NCBI GenBank assembly: GCA_963797505.1
Contig: CAWCQB010000039.1
Coordinates: 307,930 to 371,929 of the forward strand
DNA: 64,000 bases
Direction of reading: 5' to 3'
DNA from: an uncultured Actinomycetota bacterium
Lineage (GTDB): Bacteria; Actinomycetota; Actinomycetes; Propionibacteriales; Nocardioidaceae
Shown piece by piece: positions 1 through 9,381 of the stretch. Numbering within the stretch: position 1 is the stretch's first letter; each line of letters opens with the position of its first letter. The translations under genes and the position numbers were made by a program. Below the pieces are notes generated by a model. That model was not told the DNA's origin. It saw only the letters and a program-made list of their open reading frames with translations, and ran no database searches.

Positions 1-292
1 GGTGGGTGTGGGTGGTGGTCTCGACGTGCCAGTTGGCGAACGGCTCGTCGAGCAGGTCGTCGAGCACCTCGCGCGGGTCGGCGTGGTTGGAGACGTGCGC
101 CTGGGTGTCGTCGTACGCCGTGAGCTGGAGGTGGCGACCGGCCTTGAGGTCGACGTACCTCAGCTCGATGCGCCGCCACCGCGGCTCGGGCTGCCCGCGA
201 CGGCGACCCGACGCGAGCGCACGGACGAGGTGCTCGTCGTCGAGGATCTCGCTGCGCAGTCGGGACAGTGCCCGTAGAAGTGGTTCGGCCAT
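1..292 (-). CDS. Probable class I SAM-dependent methyltransferase, N-terminal part (runs off window edge)
   Basis: Not in the ORF track. Manual translation from ATG 292: MAEPLLRALSRLRSEILDDEHLVRALASGRRRGQ...RIELRYVDLKAGRHLQLTAYDDTQAHVSNH...EPFANWHVET. Resembles, from recall, the N-terminus of actinobacterial methyltransferases; the catalytic part lies outside the window. Confidence 0.55.
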   Translation of the reverse strand, partial: MAEPLLRALSRLRSEILDDEHLVRALASGRRRGQPEPRWRRIELRYVDLKAGRHLQLTAYDDTQAHVSNHADPREVLDDLLDEPFANWHVETTTHTH

Positions 293-301
293 GCCGGACC
301 C

Positions 302-388
302 CTACTTGACCAGGGCGGCGATCACGACGATGAGGATCAACCCACCGAGGGCGACCGGGATCACGAGTCGCCGGTACCGGGGGTTCAT
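302..388 (-). CDS. Small 28-aa single-pass membrane peptide
   Basis: MNPRYRRLVIPVALGGLILIVVIAALVK*. The ATG overlaps the corrected MFS stop (ATGA) and is preceded by TAGGCT-N7. Confidence 0.6.
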   Translation of the reverse strand: MNPRYRRLVIPVALGGLILIVVIAALVK

Positions 389-1663
389 GCAGCCGAGCCT
401 ACGGGCTCCTCCATGGCGATCTCGCGGGTGACCACTCGGCGCTTGAGCATGCCCGGTCCACGGGTGAAGACGGCCACGGACGCCGAGCACTCCGAGGATC
501 GTCAGGCTGCCGCCGCCGAGCAGCGTCCAGCGGGCGCCGAACTGCTCACCGAGCCAGCCGATGAACGGCGACCCGAGCGGCGTGCCGCCCATGAAGACCA
601 TCAGGTAGAGCGCCATCACGCGTCCGCGCAGCCCCGGCGCCGTGGCCAGCTGCATGGTGGTGTTGGCGGCCGTGATCATGGTCAGCGCAGTCAGGCCGAG
701 CAACGGCACGATGGCTGCGTAGGCGAGGTACGTCGGCATCAGGCCGGCCGCGATCTCGACGACTCCGAAGACGAGCGCGGCGCCGACGACGAGCCGCAGC
801 CGGATGTGGGTACGACGGGCCGCCAGCAGTGCCCCGGTCAGCGAGCCGATCGCCATGATCGATCCGAGCAGGCCGTACTCGGTGGCGCCCTTGTGGAAGA
901 CGTGCGTCGCCATCAGCGCGGAGGTCATCTGGAAGTTCAGCCCGAACGTGCCGGCGAAGAACACCACGCTCAGGATCAGCAACAGGTCGGGACGACCCCG
1001 CAGGTAGCGCAGCGCGTCGCGGATCTGGCCCTTGTGCCGCGGCTGGCGGTCGACGACCTGGAGGTCGGCGACCTTCATCGAGCGCAGGGCGATGAGCACG
1101 GCGATGTAGCTGACCGCGTTGACCAGGATCACGAAGCCCGTGGCCCTGACCCCGCCACCGAACGCGCCGATCAGCAGACCGGCGACGGCCGGCCCGGCCA
1201 GCCGGGCGGCGTTGAAGGAAGCGGAGTTGAGGCCGACCGCGTTGCTGAGGTCGTCGGGACCGACCATCTCGCTGACGAAGCTCTGCCGGGCGGGCGCGTC
1301 GAAGGCGGAGCCGGTGCCGAAGACGAAGGCCAGCACGTAGACGTGCCACACCTCGACGGTGCCGGTGATCGCGAGCACGCCCAGCAGCAGCGCGGTGAGC
1401 GCCATCACCGTCTGGGTGACCTGGAGCAGGCGGAGCTTCGGGACCCGGTCAGCCACCAGTCCGGCGTACGGCGAGAGCAGCAGGGCAGGCAGGAACTGGA
1501 GACCGGTCGTGATGCCCAGGGAAGTCCCGTCGTTGACGGCGAGCAACACGACCAGCCAGTCCTGTGCCACGCGCTGCATCCAGGTGCCGGTGTTCGACAC
1601 GACACCGCCCATGGCGTACAGGCGGTAGTTGTGGTTCTGCAGGGCGCGGAATGTGGGGCTCAA
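385..1663 (-). CDS. MFS transporter (MFS_3-type); frameshift near 478
   Basis: About 12 hydrophobic segments, GTWMQRVAQDWLV motif. The corrected C-terminus ...VAVFTRGPGMLKRRVVTREIAMEEPVGSAA* ends at 385. Confidence 0.9.
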
Positions 1664-2112
1664 CTAGTGGTGGCCAATCTTTGGAGAAGGGGGGCGACCT
1701 CGCGGAGGAGGGCGCGTTCGTCGGGGGTGAGCTCGCGCAGTCGCTGGGCGAGCCAGGCGTCGCGGCGACGCCGGTCGGCCAGGAGGATCTCCCGGCCCTT
1801 GTCGGTGAGGTCGACGAGCACCTGGCGGCCGTCCCTCGCGTGGGGCCGGCGGGTGGCGTACCCCTCGTCGACCAGGCAGTTCACCGTGCGCGTCATCGAC
1901 GGCGGCTGCACCCGCTCGTGGGCGGCGAGGGTGCCGATCGTGCACTCGCCCTCGCGGAAGAGCACACCGAGCGCACTCAGCGCAGCGACGCTGAGGGTGT
2001 TGTCAGGCTGGCGTTCGCCCCGGAGCCGACGCGAGAGGCGCATGACCGACAGCCGCAGCTCGCTGGCGAGCCCGGAGTCGGTGCGCGAGGCACTCTGGAT
2101 GGTGGGGGTCAT
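1660..2112 (-). CDS. MarR family transcriptional regulator (Rv0880-like)
   Basis: LAAHERVQPPSMTRTVNCL...DGRQVLVDLT winged HTH; overlaps the MFS start (TTGA). Confidence 0.92.
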   Translation of the reverse strand: MTPTIQSASRTDSGLASELRLSVMRLSRRLRGERQPDNTLSVAALSALGVLFREGECTIGTLAAHERVQPPSMTRTVNCLVDEGYATRRPHARDGRQVLVDLTDKGREILLADRRRRDAWLAQRLRELTPDERALLREVAPLLQRLATTS

Positions 2113-2117
2113 AGTTG

Positions 2118-2145
2118 CTTAGCATAACTCATTACCCGTGCTAAG
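2118..2145. promoter_or_regulatory. Putative MarR operator (CTTAGCA-N14-TGCTAAG inverted repeat)
   Basis: AT-rich inverted repeat directly upstream of the marR start. Confidence 0.4.
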
Positions 2146-2236
2146 TATTTCGAATGGGCGCGACGAACCGACAATTCGGCGAGGCTGGCGGGCGATTCTG
2201 GAGGCGGGTGGGCAATGTTTTGCCCGTCCGGCGGCA

Positions 2237-2260
2237 GTTTCCCCGGGCGCCCGGGGAAAC
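2237..2260 (-). terminator. Hairpin downstream of the NCS2 permease
   Basis: Perfect 24-bp palindrome GTTTCCCCGGGCGCCCGGGGAAAC about 10 bp after the stop codon. Confidence 0.55.
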
Positions 2261-2269
2261 CGGCGGCCC

Positions 2270-3754
2270 CTACGTGAGCAGGTCGGTCAGCGGGTTGATC
2301 GCGAAGTAGGCGATGAACAGCACGCTGATCACCCAGAGGAGCGGGTGGATGGCGCCGGTCTTGCCCTTGACGATCTTGATCAGCACGTAGGTCAGGAAGC
2401 CGGCGCCGATGCCGACGGTGATCGAGTAGGTGAACGGCATCAGCACGATCGTGAGGAACGCCGGGATGGCGATCTCGAGGTCGTCCCAGGAGATGCCCTT
2501 GACCTGCTGCATCATCAGGAAGCCGACCAGGACGAGGGCGGGTACGGCGGCCTCGCTCGGGATCACCGCGACCAGCGGGGACAGGAAGATCGCGAACAGG
2601 AACAGCACGCCGGTCACCACGGAGGCCAGGCCGGTGCGCGCGCCCTCCCCCACGCCCGACGCGGACTCGATGTAGGAGGTGTTCGACGAGACACCGCCCG
2701 CGCCACCGGCGACGGCGGCGAGCGAGTCGACCACCAGGATGCTGCGGGTGTTCGGCGGGGCTCCGTCGGCGTCGAGCAGGCCGGCCTCGGCGCCGATCGC
2801 GGTCATCGTGCCCATCGTGTCGAAGAAGTCGGCCAGCATCAGCGTGAAGATCAGCAGGATCGCGGCGACGGCACCGACCTGCTCGAACGAGCCGAACAGG
2901 TTGAACTCGCCGAGCGTGCCGAAGTCGGGGGTGTCGAAGATCTTGTCGGGGAACTTCGGCACGGTCAGGCCCCAGCCGGTCGGGTTCTTCGCGCCGCCCG
3001 CGCCGAAGTTGCCGATCGCCTCCACGATGATCGCCACGACCGTGGTCGCGATGATCGAGATCAGGATGGCGCCCTTGACGCGCAGCACCCACAGCGAGAT
3101 CACCAGCGCGAGGCCGAAGCAGAACACCAGGACGGGCCACCCCTGCAGGCTGCCGCTGGGGCCGAGCTGCACGGGCACCGTGGTGTTGGCAGCATCGGGG
3201 ATGCGGCGTACGAAGCCCGCGTCGACGAAGCCGATCAGCGCGATGAACAGGCCGATGCCGACGGAGATGGCGACCTTCAGCTGCGCGGGTACGGCGTGGA
3301 AGACCGCCTCCCGGAAGCCGGTGAGCACCAGCACCAGGATGACGATGCCCTCGAGCACGATCAGGCCCATGGCGTCGGCCCAGGTCATCTGCGCGGCGAT
3401 CGAGAACGCGACGAACGCGTTCAGCCCCAGCCCGGTCGCGAGCGCGAGCGGGAAGTTGGCGACCACGCCCATCAGGATCGTCATGACGCCGGCCACCAGC
3501 GCCGTACCGGCAGCGATCATCGCCAGGTTGGGCGCCGACCCGCCGCCGAGGAACTTCCCGTCGCCGTCCTTGGCGAACCCGAGGATCAGCGGGTTGAGCA
3601 CGATGATGTAGGCCATCGTGAAGAAGGTGACGACGCCACCGCGGACCTCACGCCCGACGGTCGAACCACGCTCGGTGATCTTGAAGAACTTGTCCACGCG
3701 CGAAATCCAACCAGACCGCGAGGCGCCCGGGGTTACAGGCGCGTCAATTCGCAC
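2270..3754 (-). CDS. NCS2/AzgA family purine permease
   Basis: TMAYIIVLNP, DFFDTMGT and YIESASGVGEGARTGL motifs. Confidence 0.93.
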   Translation of the reverse strand: MRIDAPVTPGASRSGWISRVDKFFKITERGSTVGREVRGGVVTFFTMAYIIVLNPLILGFAKDGDGKFLGGGSAPNLAMIAAGTALVAGVMTILMGVVANFPLALATGLGLNAFVAFSIAAQMTWADAMGLIVLEGIVILVLVLTGFREAVFHAVPAQLKVAISVGIGLFIALIGFVDAGFVRRIPDAANTTVPVQLGPSGSLQGWPVLVFCFGLALVISLWVLRVKGAILISIIATTVVAIIVEAIGNFGAGGAKNPTGWGLTVPKFPDKIFDTPDFGTLGEFNLFGSFEQVGAVAAILLIFTLMLADFFDTMGTMTAIGAEAGLLDADGAPPNTRSILVVDSLAAVAGGAGGVSSNTSYIESASGVGEGARTGLASVVTGVLFLFAIFLSPLVAVIPSEAAVPALVLVGFLMMQQVKGISWDDLEIAIPAFLTIVLMPFTYSITVGIGAGFLTYVLIKIVKGKTGAIHPLLWVISVLFIAYFAINPLTDLLT

Positions 3755-3770
3755 AGGTTAGATTTGGCGC

Positions 3771-4052
3771 ATGCTTCCCGAGGACGACCAGCCGATGGTG
3801 CACGAGATCGGCAACCGCACCTACGTGGTCGCTCCGGTCGAGCCGCTGGACCTCGACGGCATCCGCACGATGCAGGTCGGGACCGCCTTCTGGGCGATCG
3901 CCTTCGTCCTGCTCCTCCCGTTCTACGGGCGCCTCGAGGACGACGGCCACCTGTGGTGGCTGTGGACCTGCGTGGCCGGCTTCGGCCTCGGCCTCGTCGG
4001 GTGGGACCACTGCCGACGCCGCCGCAAGCGCCGCCAGGAAGGCACCGACTGA
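3771..4052 (+). CDS. DUF2530-type small membrane protein
   Basis: Two TM segments, WLWTCVAGFGLG; conserved neighbour of the MarR and DUF3027 genes. Confidence 0.75.
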   Translation: MLPEDDQPMVHEIGNRTYVVAPVEPLDLDGIRTMQVGTAFWAIAFVLLLPFYGRLEDDGHLWWLWTCVAGFGLGLVGWDHCRRRRKRRQEGTD

Positions 4053-4088
4053 GCCAGACCTGTCGGTGGTCGAGCCGACACTGCTTCC

Positions 4089-4640
4089 ATGGGTACGACG
4101 CGCGGGCTCTACTTCACCGCCATGACGCTCGACGGCTTCCTCGCCGACGAGCACGACTCGCTGGACTGGCTCTTCGAGCAGAAGACCGAGGACGGCGGTC
4201 CCGCCGGCTACGACGAGTTCATGACCGGCATCGGGGCGATGGTCATGGGCACGACCACCTACCTCTGGCTCCGCGACCACCTCGCGAGCTCCGGCGACCC
4301 GTGGCCCTACGACATCCCGTGCTGGGTGGTCACCCATCGCGACCTCGAGCCGCTCGGCGAGGGCGTCCGGTTCGTCTCCGGCGAGATCGGCGACCACTAC
4401 GCCGCCATGGCCGAGTCGGCCGGCGACCGCGACCTCTGGGTCGTCGGCGGTGGCGACCTCGCCGGCCAGTTCGCCGACATCGGTCACCTGCACCAGCTGA
4501 TCGTGGCCATCGCGCCGGTGACGCTCGGCGCCGGACGACCTCTGTTCCCGCGTCGGCACGACCTCAGGCTGGTCGAGCTGGGACGCAACGGCGACTTCCT
4601 GACCGCGACGTACGACGTGGTCGGGCCGCGCCCCGGTTAG
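4089..4640 (+). CDS. Dihydrofolate reductase / RibD C-terminal family protein
   Basis: AMTLDGFLAD, MVMGTTTY, LWVVGGGDLAGQF and APVTLGAGRPLF motifs. Confidence 0.9.
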   Translation: MGTTRGLYFTAMTLDGFLADEHDSLDWLFEQKTEDGGPAGYDEFMTGIGAMVMGTTTYLWLRDHLASSGDPWPYDIPCWVVTHRDLEPLGEGVRFVSGEIGDHYAAMAESAGDRDLWVVGGGDLAGQFADIGHLHQLIVAIAPVTLGAGRPLFPRRHDLRLVELGRNGDFLTATYDVVGPRPG

Positions 4641-5386
4641 AACTCCTCGAGGTCGTCGCGACTGACCGTGTCGAAGACGTGGTCGGGCATCGGCGGCGGG
4701 AGCTGCTTCTTGCGCAGCTGGGCCTCGGAGTGGGCGCCGCAGCCGTGGTTGAGCGCGACCACGCGGCCGTCGTCGTTGGCGTACTCGTTGGCGCACACCC
4801 CGAACATCGTGGCCAGCGGCCCCTCGAGCCGCACCAGGAAGCCGCAGCCGCCGCACTTCCCGGGTGCCGACTGGGCGAGCGGGACGTCGGGACCCTGGTC
4901 GCCGTCGTACCAGCGCTGCGCCGCGAGGTCACGACCCTCGAGCGAGAGCACCCGCGCACGGCCGAGCCCCACCTCGTCGACGACCGGCTCCTCGTCGTCG
5001 TCGGGACGCTGGCCGACGAGGTACGTCGGGACCAGCCGCGGGTCGTCCTCGTCGGCGGGCAGCAGGTCGCCGGGTGACAGGTCACCGGGCTGGATGCGGT
5101 CGCGCCACGGGACCCACTCGGGGGCGGTGATGGCCTCGTCGCCGGGCAGCAGCACGATCTCGTCGATCGTGACGCCGTCCTGGCCCTCGGCGTGCGCGAC
5201 CGTCACGGCCCACACCCAGCCGGGGTAGCCGGCCTGCGTGCAGGCGAAGTTGTGGGTGGCCGCGCCCTCGGACTCCGGCCGCGCGGACAGGTGGTCTCCG
5301 ACGACGTCAGCACCCACCTCGGCGACGAGGGCGGCGCGGGCAGCGTCGACCGCCTCGGTGGCGACGGAGTCGGGTGCGGAGATCAC
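4637..5386 (-). CDS. DUF3027 family protein
   Basis: GYPGWVWAVTV, PGDLSPGDLL, CGGCGF...FGVCAN...HGCGAHSE. Confidence 0.9.
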   Translation of the reverse strand: MISAPDSVATEAVDAARAALVAEVGADVVGDHLSARPESEGAATHNFACTQAGYPGWVWAVTVAHAEGQDGVTIDEIVLLPGDEAITAPEWVPWRDRIQPGDLSPGDLLPADEDDPRLVPTYLVGQRPDDDEEPVVDEVGLGRARVLSLEGRDLAAQRWYDGDQGPDVPLAQSAPGKCGGCGFLVRLEGPLATMFGVCANEYANDDGRVVALNHGCGAHSEAQLRKKQLPPPMPDHVFDTVSRDDLEEF

Positions 5387-5454
5387 GTGCCGGATTCTCC
5401 CTCATCGGCATGGGTTGTGTCTGCCCGGGCCCACCGTGTTGGCAGGATGTGGAC

Positions 5455-6823
5455 ATGGAGGAGGAGACGACCCAGGAGTCCGGCCGCGGCCGCGGCGTCG
5501 TCGGTGCGACCGGCCGCGGGATCAAGGGCGCCGCCTCCGCGACCGGCCGCGGCGCGTCGTACACCTTCCGCCAGGCGCGCCGCGCCTCGCACGCCGAGGG
5601 CGCCGGCGACTCCGGCCTCTACCGCCTGATCGAGCTGCACGCCTTCAACGCCGCCGGCGACGCGGCCGTGGCCATCTCGCTCGCCGGCACCCTCTTCTTC
5701 GCCGCGCCCGGTTCGGCCCGCGGCCAGGTCGCGCTCTTCCTGGGGCTGACCATGCTGCCGTTCGCGGTGGTGGCGCCCCTGCTCGGGCCCGTTCCTCGAC
5801 CGCTTCAGCCACGGCCGGCGCTGGGCGATCGGCTCCACGATGGCGCTGCGCGCGTTCCTGTGCTGGCTGATGGCCGACGCGGTGGCGACCCAGTCGATCG
5901 CGATGTTCCCGACCGCGCTCGGCGTGCTGGTGGCGTCCAAGGCGTACGGCGTCACCCGAGCCGCCACGGTCCCCCGCCTGAAACCGCCGGGACTCTCCCT
6001 GGTGAAGGCCAACAGCCGGATCTCGCTCGCCGGCGTGGTCGGTGCCGCGATCTCCGCGCCGCTGGCCGGGCTCGCGGCGACCTTCGGCTCGCAGTGGTCG
6101 CTGCGCTACGCCTTCGTGGTGTTCGCCGGCGCGACCATCCTCTCGATCCTGCTGCCGGCCAGGGCCGACGCCACCGAGGGCGAGCTGCCGGTCACCCTGC
6201 GCGAGGACCAGAAGAAGTTCCGGGTGCCGCCCGGCGTCGTGTTCGCGCTGCGCTGCAACGCCGGGCTGCGGCTGCTGTCCGGCTTCCTGACCATGTACAT
6301 GGCCTTCCTGCTCCGCCAGTACCCGCTGCCCGGCTTCGAGCACCGCACCACCCTGCTGATGGGGCTGGTCATCGGCGCCGCCGGCCTGGGCAACACGATC
6401 GGCATCGGACTCGGCTCGGTGCTGCGCAAGATCACGCCCTCGGTCACCGTCGTGGTCGCGCTGCTCGCCGACGCGGCCGCCGCCGTCGTGGCGGCGGTGT
6501 TCTACGGGCTGATCGCGGCCATCGCGCTCGGCCTGACCGCAGGCGTCGCCCAGGCGATGGGCAAGATCTCGCTGGACGCCCTGGTGCAGCGCGACGTGCC
6601 CGAGCGCCACCGGACCTCCGCCTTCGCCCGCTCCGAGACGCTGCTCCAGCTGTCCTGGGTGATCGGCGGGTTCATCGGGATCGCGCTGCCGCTCAAGCTC
6701 GGCGACACCGTGGTGCCCGAGCTCGGGCTCGGCGTACTCGCCGCGATCATGGTGCTCTGGACGGTCTTCGTGCTCGTCCGCCGGCCGAGCCAGGCTGGTC
6801 AGGCCAAGCCGGCCGTCTCCTGA
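5455..6823 (+). CDS. MFS-like membrane protein (Rv0876c-like); frameshift near 5790
   Basis: AISLAGTLFF...TMLPFAVVAP joins SKAYGVTRAATVPR...SAFARSETLLQLSWVIGG. Confidence 0.85.
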
Positions 6824-7421
6824 GGTACGCCGCCCCAGCGCTGGGCGACCGCTCCGGCGATCAGGCCGACCACGACGAGGATGGCCCCGTCGACCGCGAA
6901 CTGGCGCGCCCAGTACCCGTCCAGGAACAGGCCCACGTCGTCGAACACCCTGGCCAGCAGCAGCTGGTAGAAGCTGATCAGCGCGGACAGCACTCCGACG
7001 AGCAGCCCGGCCACGCACCGAGCAGCGGGGTGTCGACCGGCAGCCAGACAGCAGATCGGCGGCCAGCAGCGCACACGCCCCCACGACCGCCGTACCGATG
7101 AGCGACATCCAGTCGTCGCGACCCAGCGGCACGCCTCCCTGACCAGGCTGAGCAGCTCGGCACATCAGGTCGCGGCGCTGCCACGCGATGGACACCCCGA
7201 CGAACGGTCCGGCCCGAGAGCACCACCGCCGCGAGCGCGAGGAAGCTCGGCACCCCGACGATGATCGCTCGCACGAGCAGGATGCCCGGGATGCTGTCGA
7301 CGCCGCGAACGCGTAGGTGAGGTCGCGGTAGAAGAAGGGTGTACGCGGCGTACAGCACCGCCGCCACTGCGCAGACCGTGATGACGGTGCGCGCGCGGTC
7401 GGTGAGCTCTCCCCGAGGCAT
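6799..7421 (-). CDS. Hypothetical multi-pass membrane protein (frameshifted)
   Basis: Hydrophobic segments are spread across three overlapping minus-strand frames from ATG 7421 to stop 6799. Confidence 0.5.
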
Positions 7422-7437
7422 GCAGGGAGGGTACGGC

Positions 7438-7833
7438 TCAGAGCTCGAGCTCGTCGGCCAATCCGCGCAGGAGCTTGGCGGTGGGCTTCGCCGTCTTGGC
7501 GTCGGGGTGACGCCCGGCGCGGTAGCCCTGCTCGACGCCCTCCAGCAGCCGGATCAGGTCCTCGACGATGCCGACCATGTCCTCCGGCTTCTTCCGCTGG
7601 GCCTGGCGACGGTTCTGGGAGACCGACGGCGGGGCGTCCAGCACCTGCACCTGGTGGGCCTGCTCGCCCTTGCGACCCGAGAGGATCCCGAACTCGACGC
7701 GCGTGCCGGCCTTGAGCGTGGTGACTCCGTCGGGCAACGACGACGAGCGCACGTAGACGTCGTCCCCGTCCTCACGCGAGAGGAAACCGAATCCCTTCTC
7801 GGCGTCGTACCACTTGACCTTTCCGGTTGGCAC
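7438..7833 (-). CDS. Cold-shock domain protein (CspB-like, extended C-terminus)
   Basis: VPTGKVKWYDAEKGFGFL RNP1 motif; GTG start after GAAAGG. Confidence 0.92.
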   Translation of the reverse strand: MPTGKVKWYDAEKGFGFLSREDGDDVYVRSSSLPDGVTTLKAGTRVEFGILSGRKGEQAHQVQVLDAPPSVSQNRRQAQRKKPEDMVGIVEDLIRLLEGVEQGYRAGRHPDAKTAKPTAKLLRGLADELEL

Positions 7834-7922
7834 CGTCCTGGCCTTTCTCTCGGTCGAATTCTGCGGCGATCGGCAGCGAGAGCACAGCGTACGCGGTGCG
7901 ACGGAAACGCGCGCCAACGAGT

Positions 7923-8693
7923 TCAGCGGTAGTGCTCCGGGTCGTCGAGCAGCTCGTTCATCGACCCCGAACGGAAGCCGAGCGGGTCCACCTCGACGTC
8001 GTCGAAACCGGCCTCGCGGACGACGTCCTTGGCGTCCTCGGCCGCCTCGATCAGGCCGCGGTCGACCTCGATGCGCGCCTGGTCACCGAGGTCGCGGACC
8101 CGCAGGTTGGCGACCTCGTGACCGGCCTCGGTCAGGGCCGCGCGCAGCGCCGCCTCGGCGCGCTCGACGCGGGCCAGGCGGGCCGGGGTGATCTCGATGC
8201 CGTAGGCGACGCGCGAGCTCAGGCACGCCGCCGCGGGCTTGTCCCACGTGGGCAGTCCCCACTGCCGCGACGCCGTCCGGATCTGGTCCTTGGTGAGGCC
8301 GGCGTCCTTGAGCGGCGTGACGGCGCCCCGGTCCGCGGCCGCGACGATCCCGGGACGGAATCCGGCCCGCGCGTCGTCGGCGTTGGTCCCGGTCGCGACG
8401 GCGTCGTACCCGTGCTCCTCGGCCAGCGGCCCGAGCACGTCGAGCAGCTCGGCCTTGCAGAACGCGCACCGGTCGCCGTCGTTGGCGCGGTAGCCCTCGC
8501 GCTCCATCTCCGCCGTCCGCGGCGTGAGCACCTCGACGCCGAGCGACTCGGCGAACTCCTGGGCGGGGCCGCGCTCGGCCTCGGGCAGGGAGTCGGAGTA
8601 CGCCGTCGCCGCCGCCACGTTGTCGGCCCCGAGCGCCCGCACCGCGGCCGCGAGCAGGAACGCGCTGTCGGCTCCCCCGCTGAACGCGACCAT
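7923..8693 (-). CDS. larE: ATP-dependent sulfur transferase LarE domain (probably C-terminal half of a HAD-LarE fusion)
   Basis: PP-loop AFSGGADS, RCAFCK, GTNADD, FRPG, KPAAACLSSR and FRSGSMN motifs. Confidence 0.9.
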   Translation of the reverse strand: MVAFSGGADSAFLLAAAVRALGADNVAAATAYSDSLPEAERGPAQEFAESLGVEVLTPRTAEMEREGYRANDGDRCAFCKAELLDVLGPLAEEHGYDAVATGTNADDARAGFRPGIVAAADRGAVTPLKDAGLTKDQIRTASRQWGLPTWDKPAAACLSSRVAYGIEITPARLARVERAEAALRAALTEAGHEVANLRVRDLGDQARIEVDRGLIEAAEDAKDVVREAGFDDVEVDPLGFRSGSMNELLDDPEHYR

Positions 8694-9355
8694 CAGTCGT
8701 CTGGTGCTGCTTCAGCTGCTCCTCGAGCTGGCTCAGCCTCGTCTCCAGCAGGTGACCGTCGAGCCACGCCGGGAACTCGCTCAGGTCGGCGAGCACCACG
8801 TCGGTGCCGGCCTCCTCGAGCTGCTCGCGGGTGCTGCCGCCGGTCAGCACCGAGACGCTCGTGATCCCCGCCGCCCGCGCACCCTCGACGTCGTGCACGT
8901 GGTCGCCGACGTAGAGGTCGGCCTCGTGGCGCTTCAGCACGTCGCCCTTGCCGGTCCCCCAGACCCGTCCCTCGACGACGTCGACGTCGAGGCCGAGGTG
9001 GTCGACGTGCAGCTGTGCGTTGGGCGTGTGCTTGCCGGTGACCAGCACGATCCGCCCGTGGTGGCGTCGTACGGCAGCCAGGGCCTCGGCCACCCCCGGG
9101 AACGCCGGCGTCGGCGTGACCGCGAAGTCGGGGTAGATCTCGCGGAACCGGTCCGCCGCCGCGTCGATCTGGTCGGCCGGCAGGTGCGGCTCGCATCATC
9201 AGCTCGAGCGGCGGCCCGAGGTTGGCCGTCATCTCCGCCGTCGGGAACTCCACCCCCAGCTCGGCCCCCAGCGCATCCAGCGTCGCCGCAAACCCCACCA
9301 CGGTGTCGATCAGGGTCATGTCGAGATCGAACCCGACCACCAGCTGACCACTCAC
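8694..9355 (-). CDS. HAD-family phosphatase domain (frameshifted; no stop before LarE)
   Basis: Motif I GFDLDMTLIDT, VTGK, motif IV YVGDHVHDVEGA; GTG start preceded by TACGCT-N7. Confidence 0.85.
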
Positions 9356-9381
9356 GGGAGCCAGCGTACGTGGGGGTCTTC

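Noticed and set aside
2138-5077. 979-aa plus-strand ORF, and similar long Arg/Gly-rich ORFs such as 48189-51212 and 35607-38183
   Set aside because: Antisense or off-frame shadows of real genes in high-GC DNA. Only the C-terminal part of 48189-51212 belongs to the GNAT gene.
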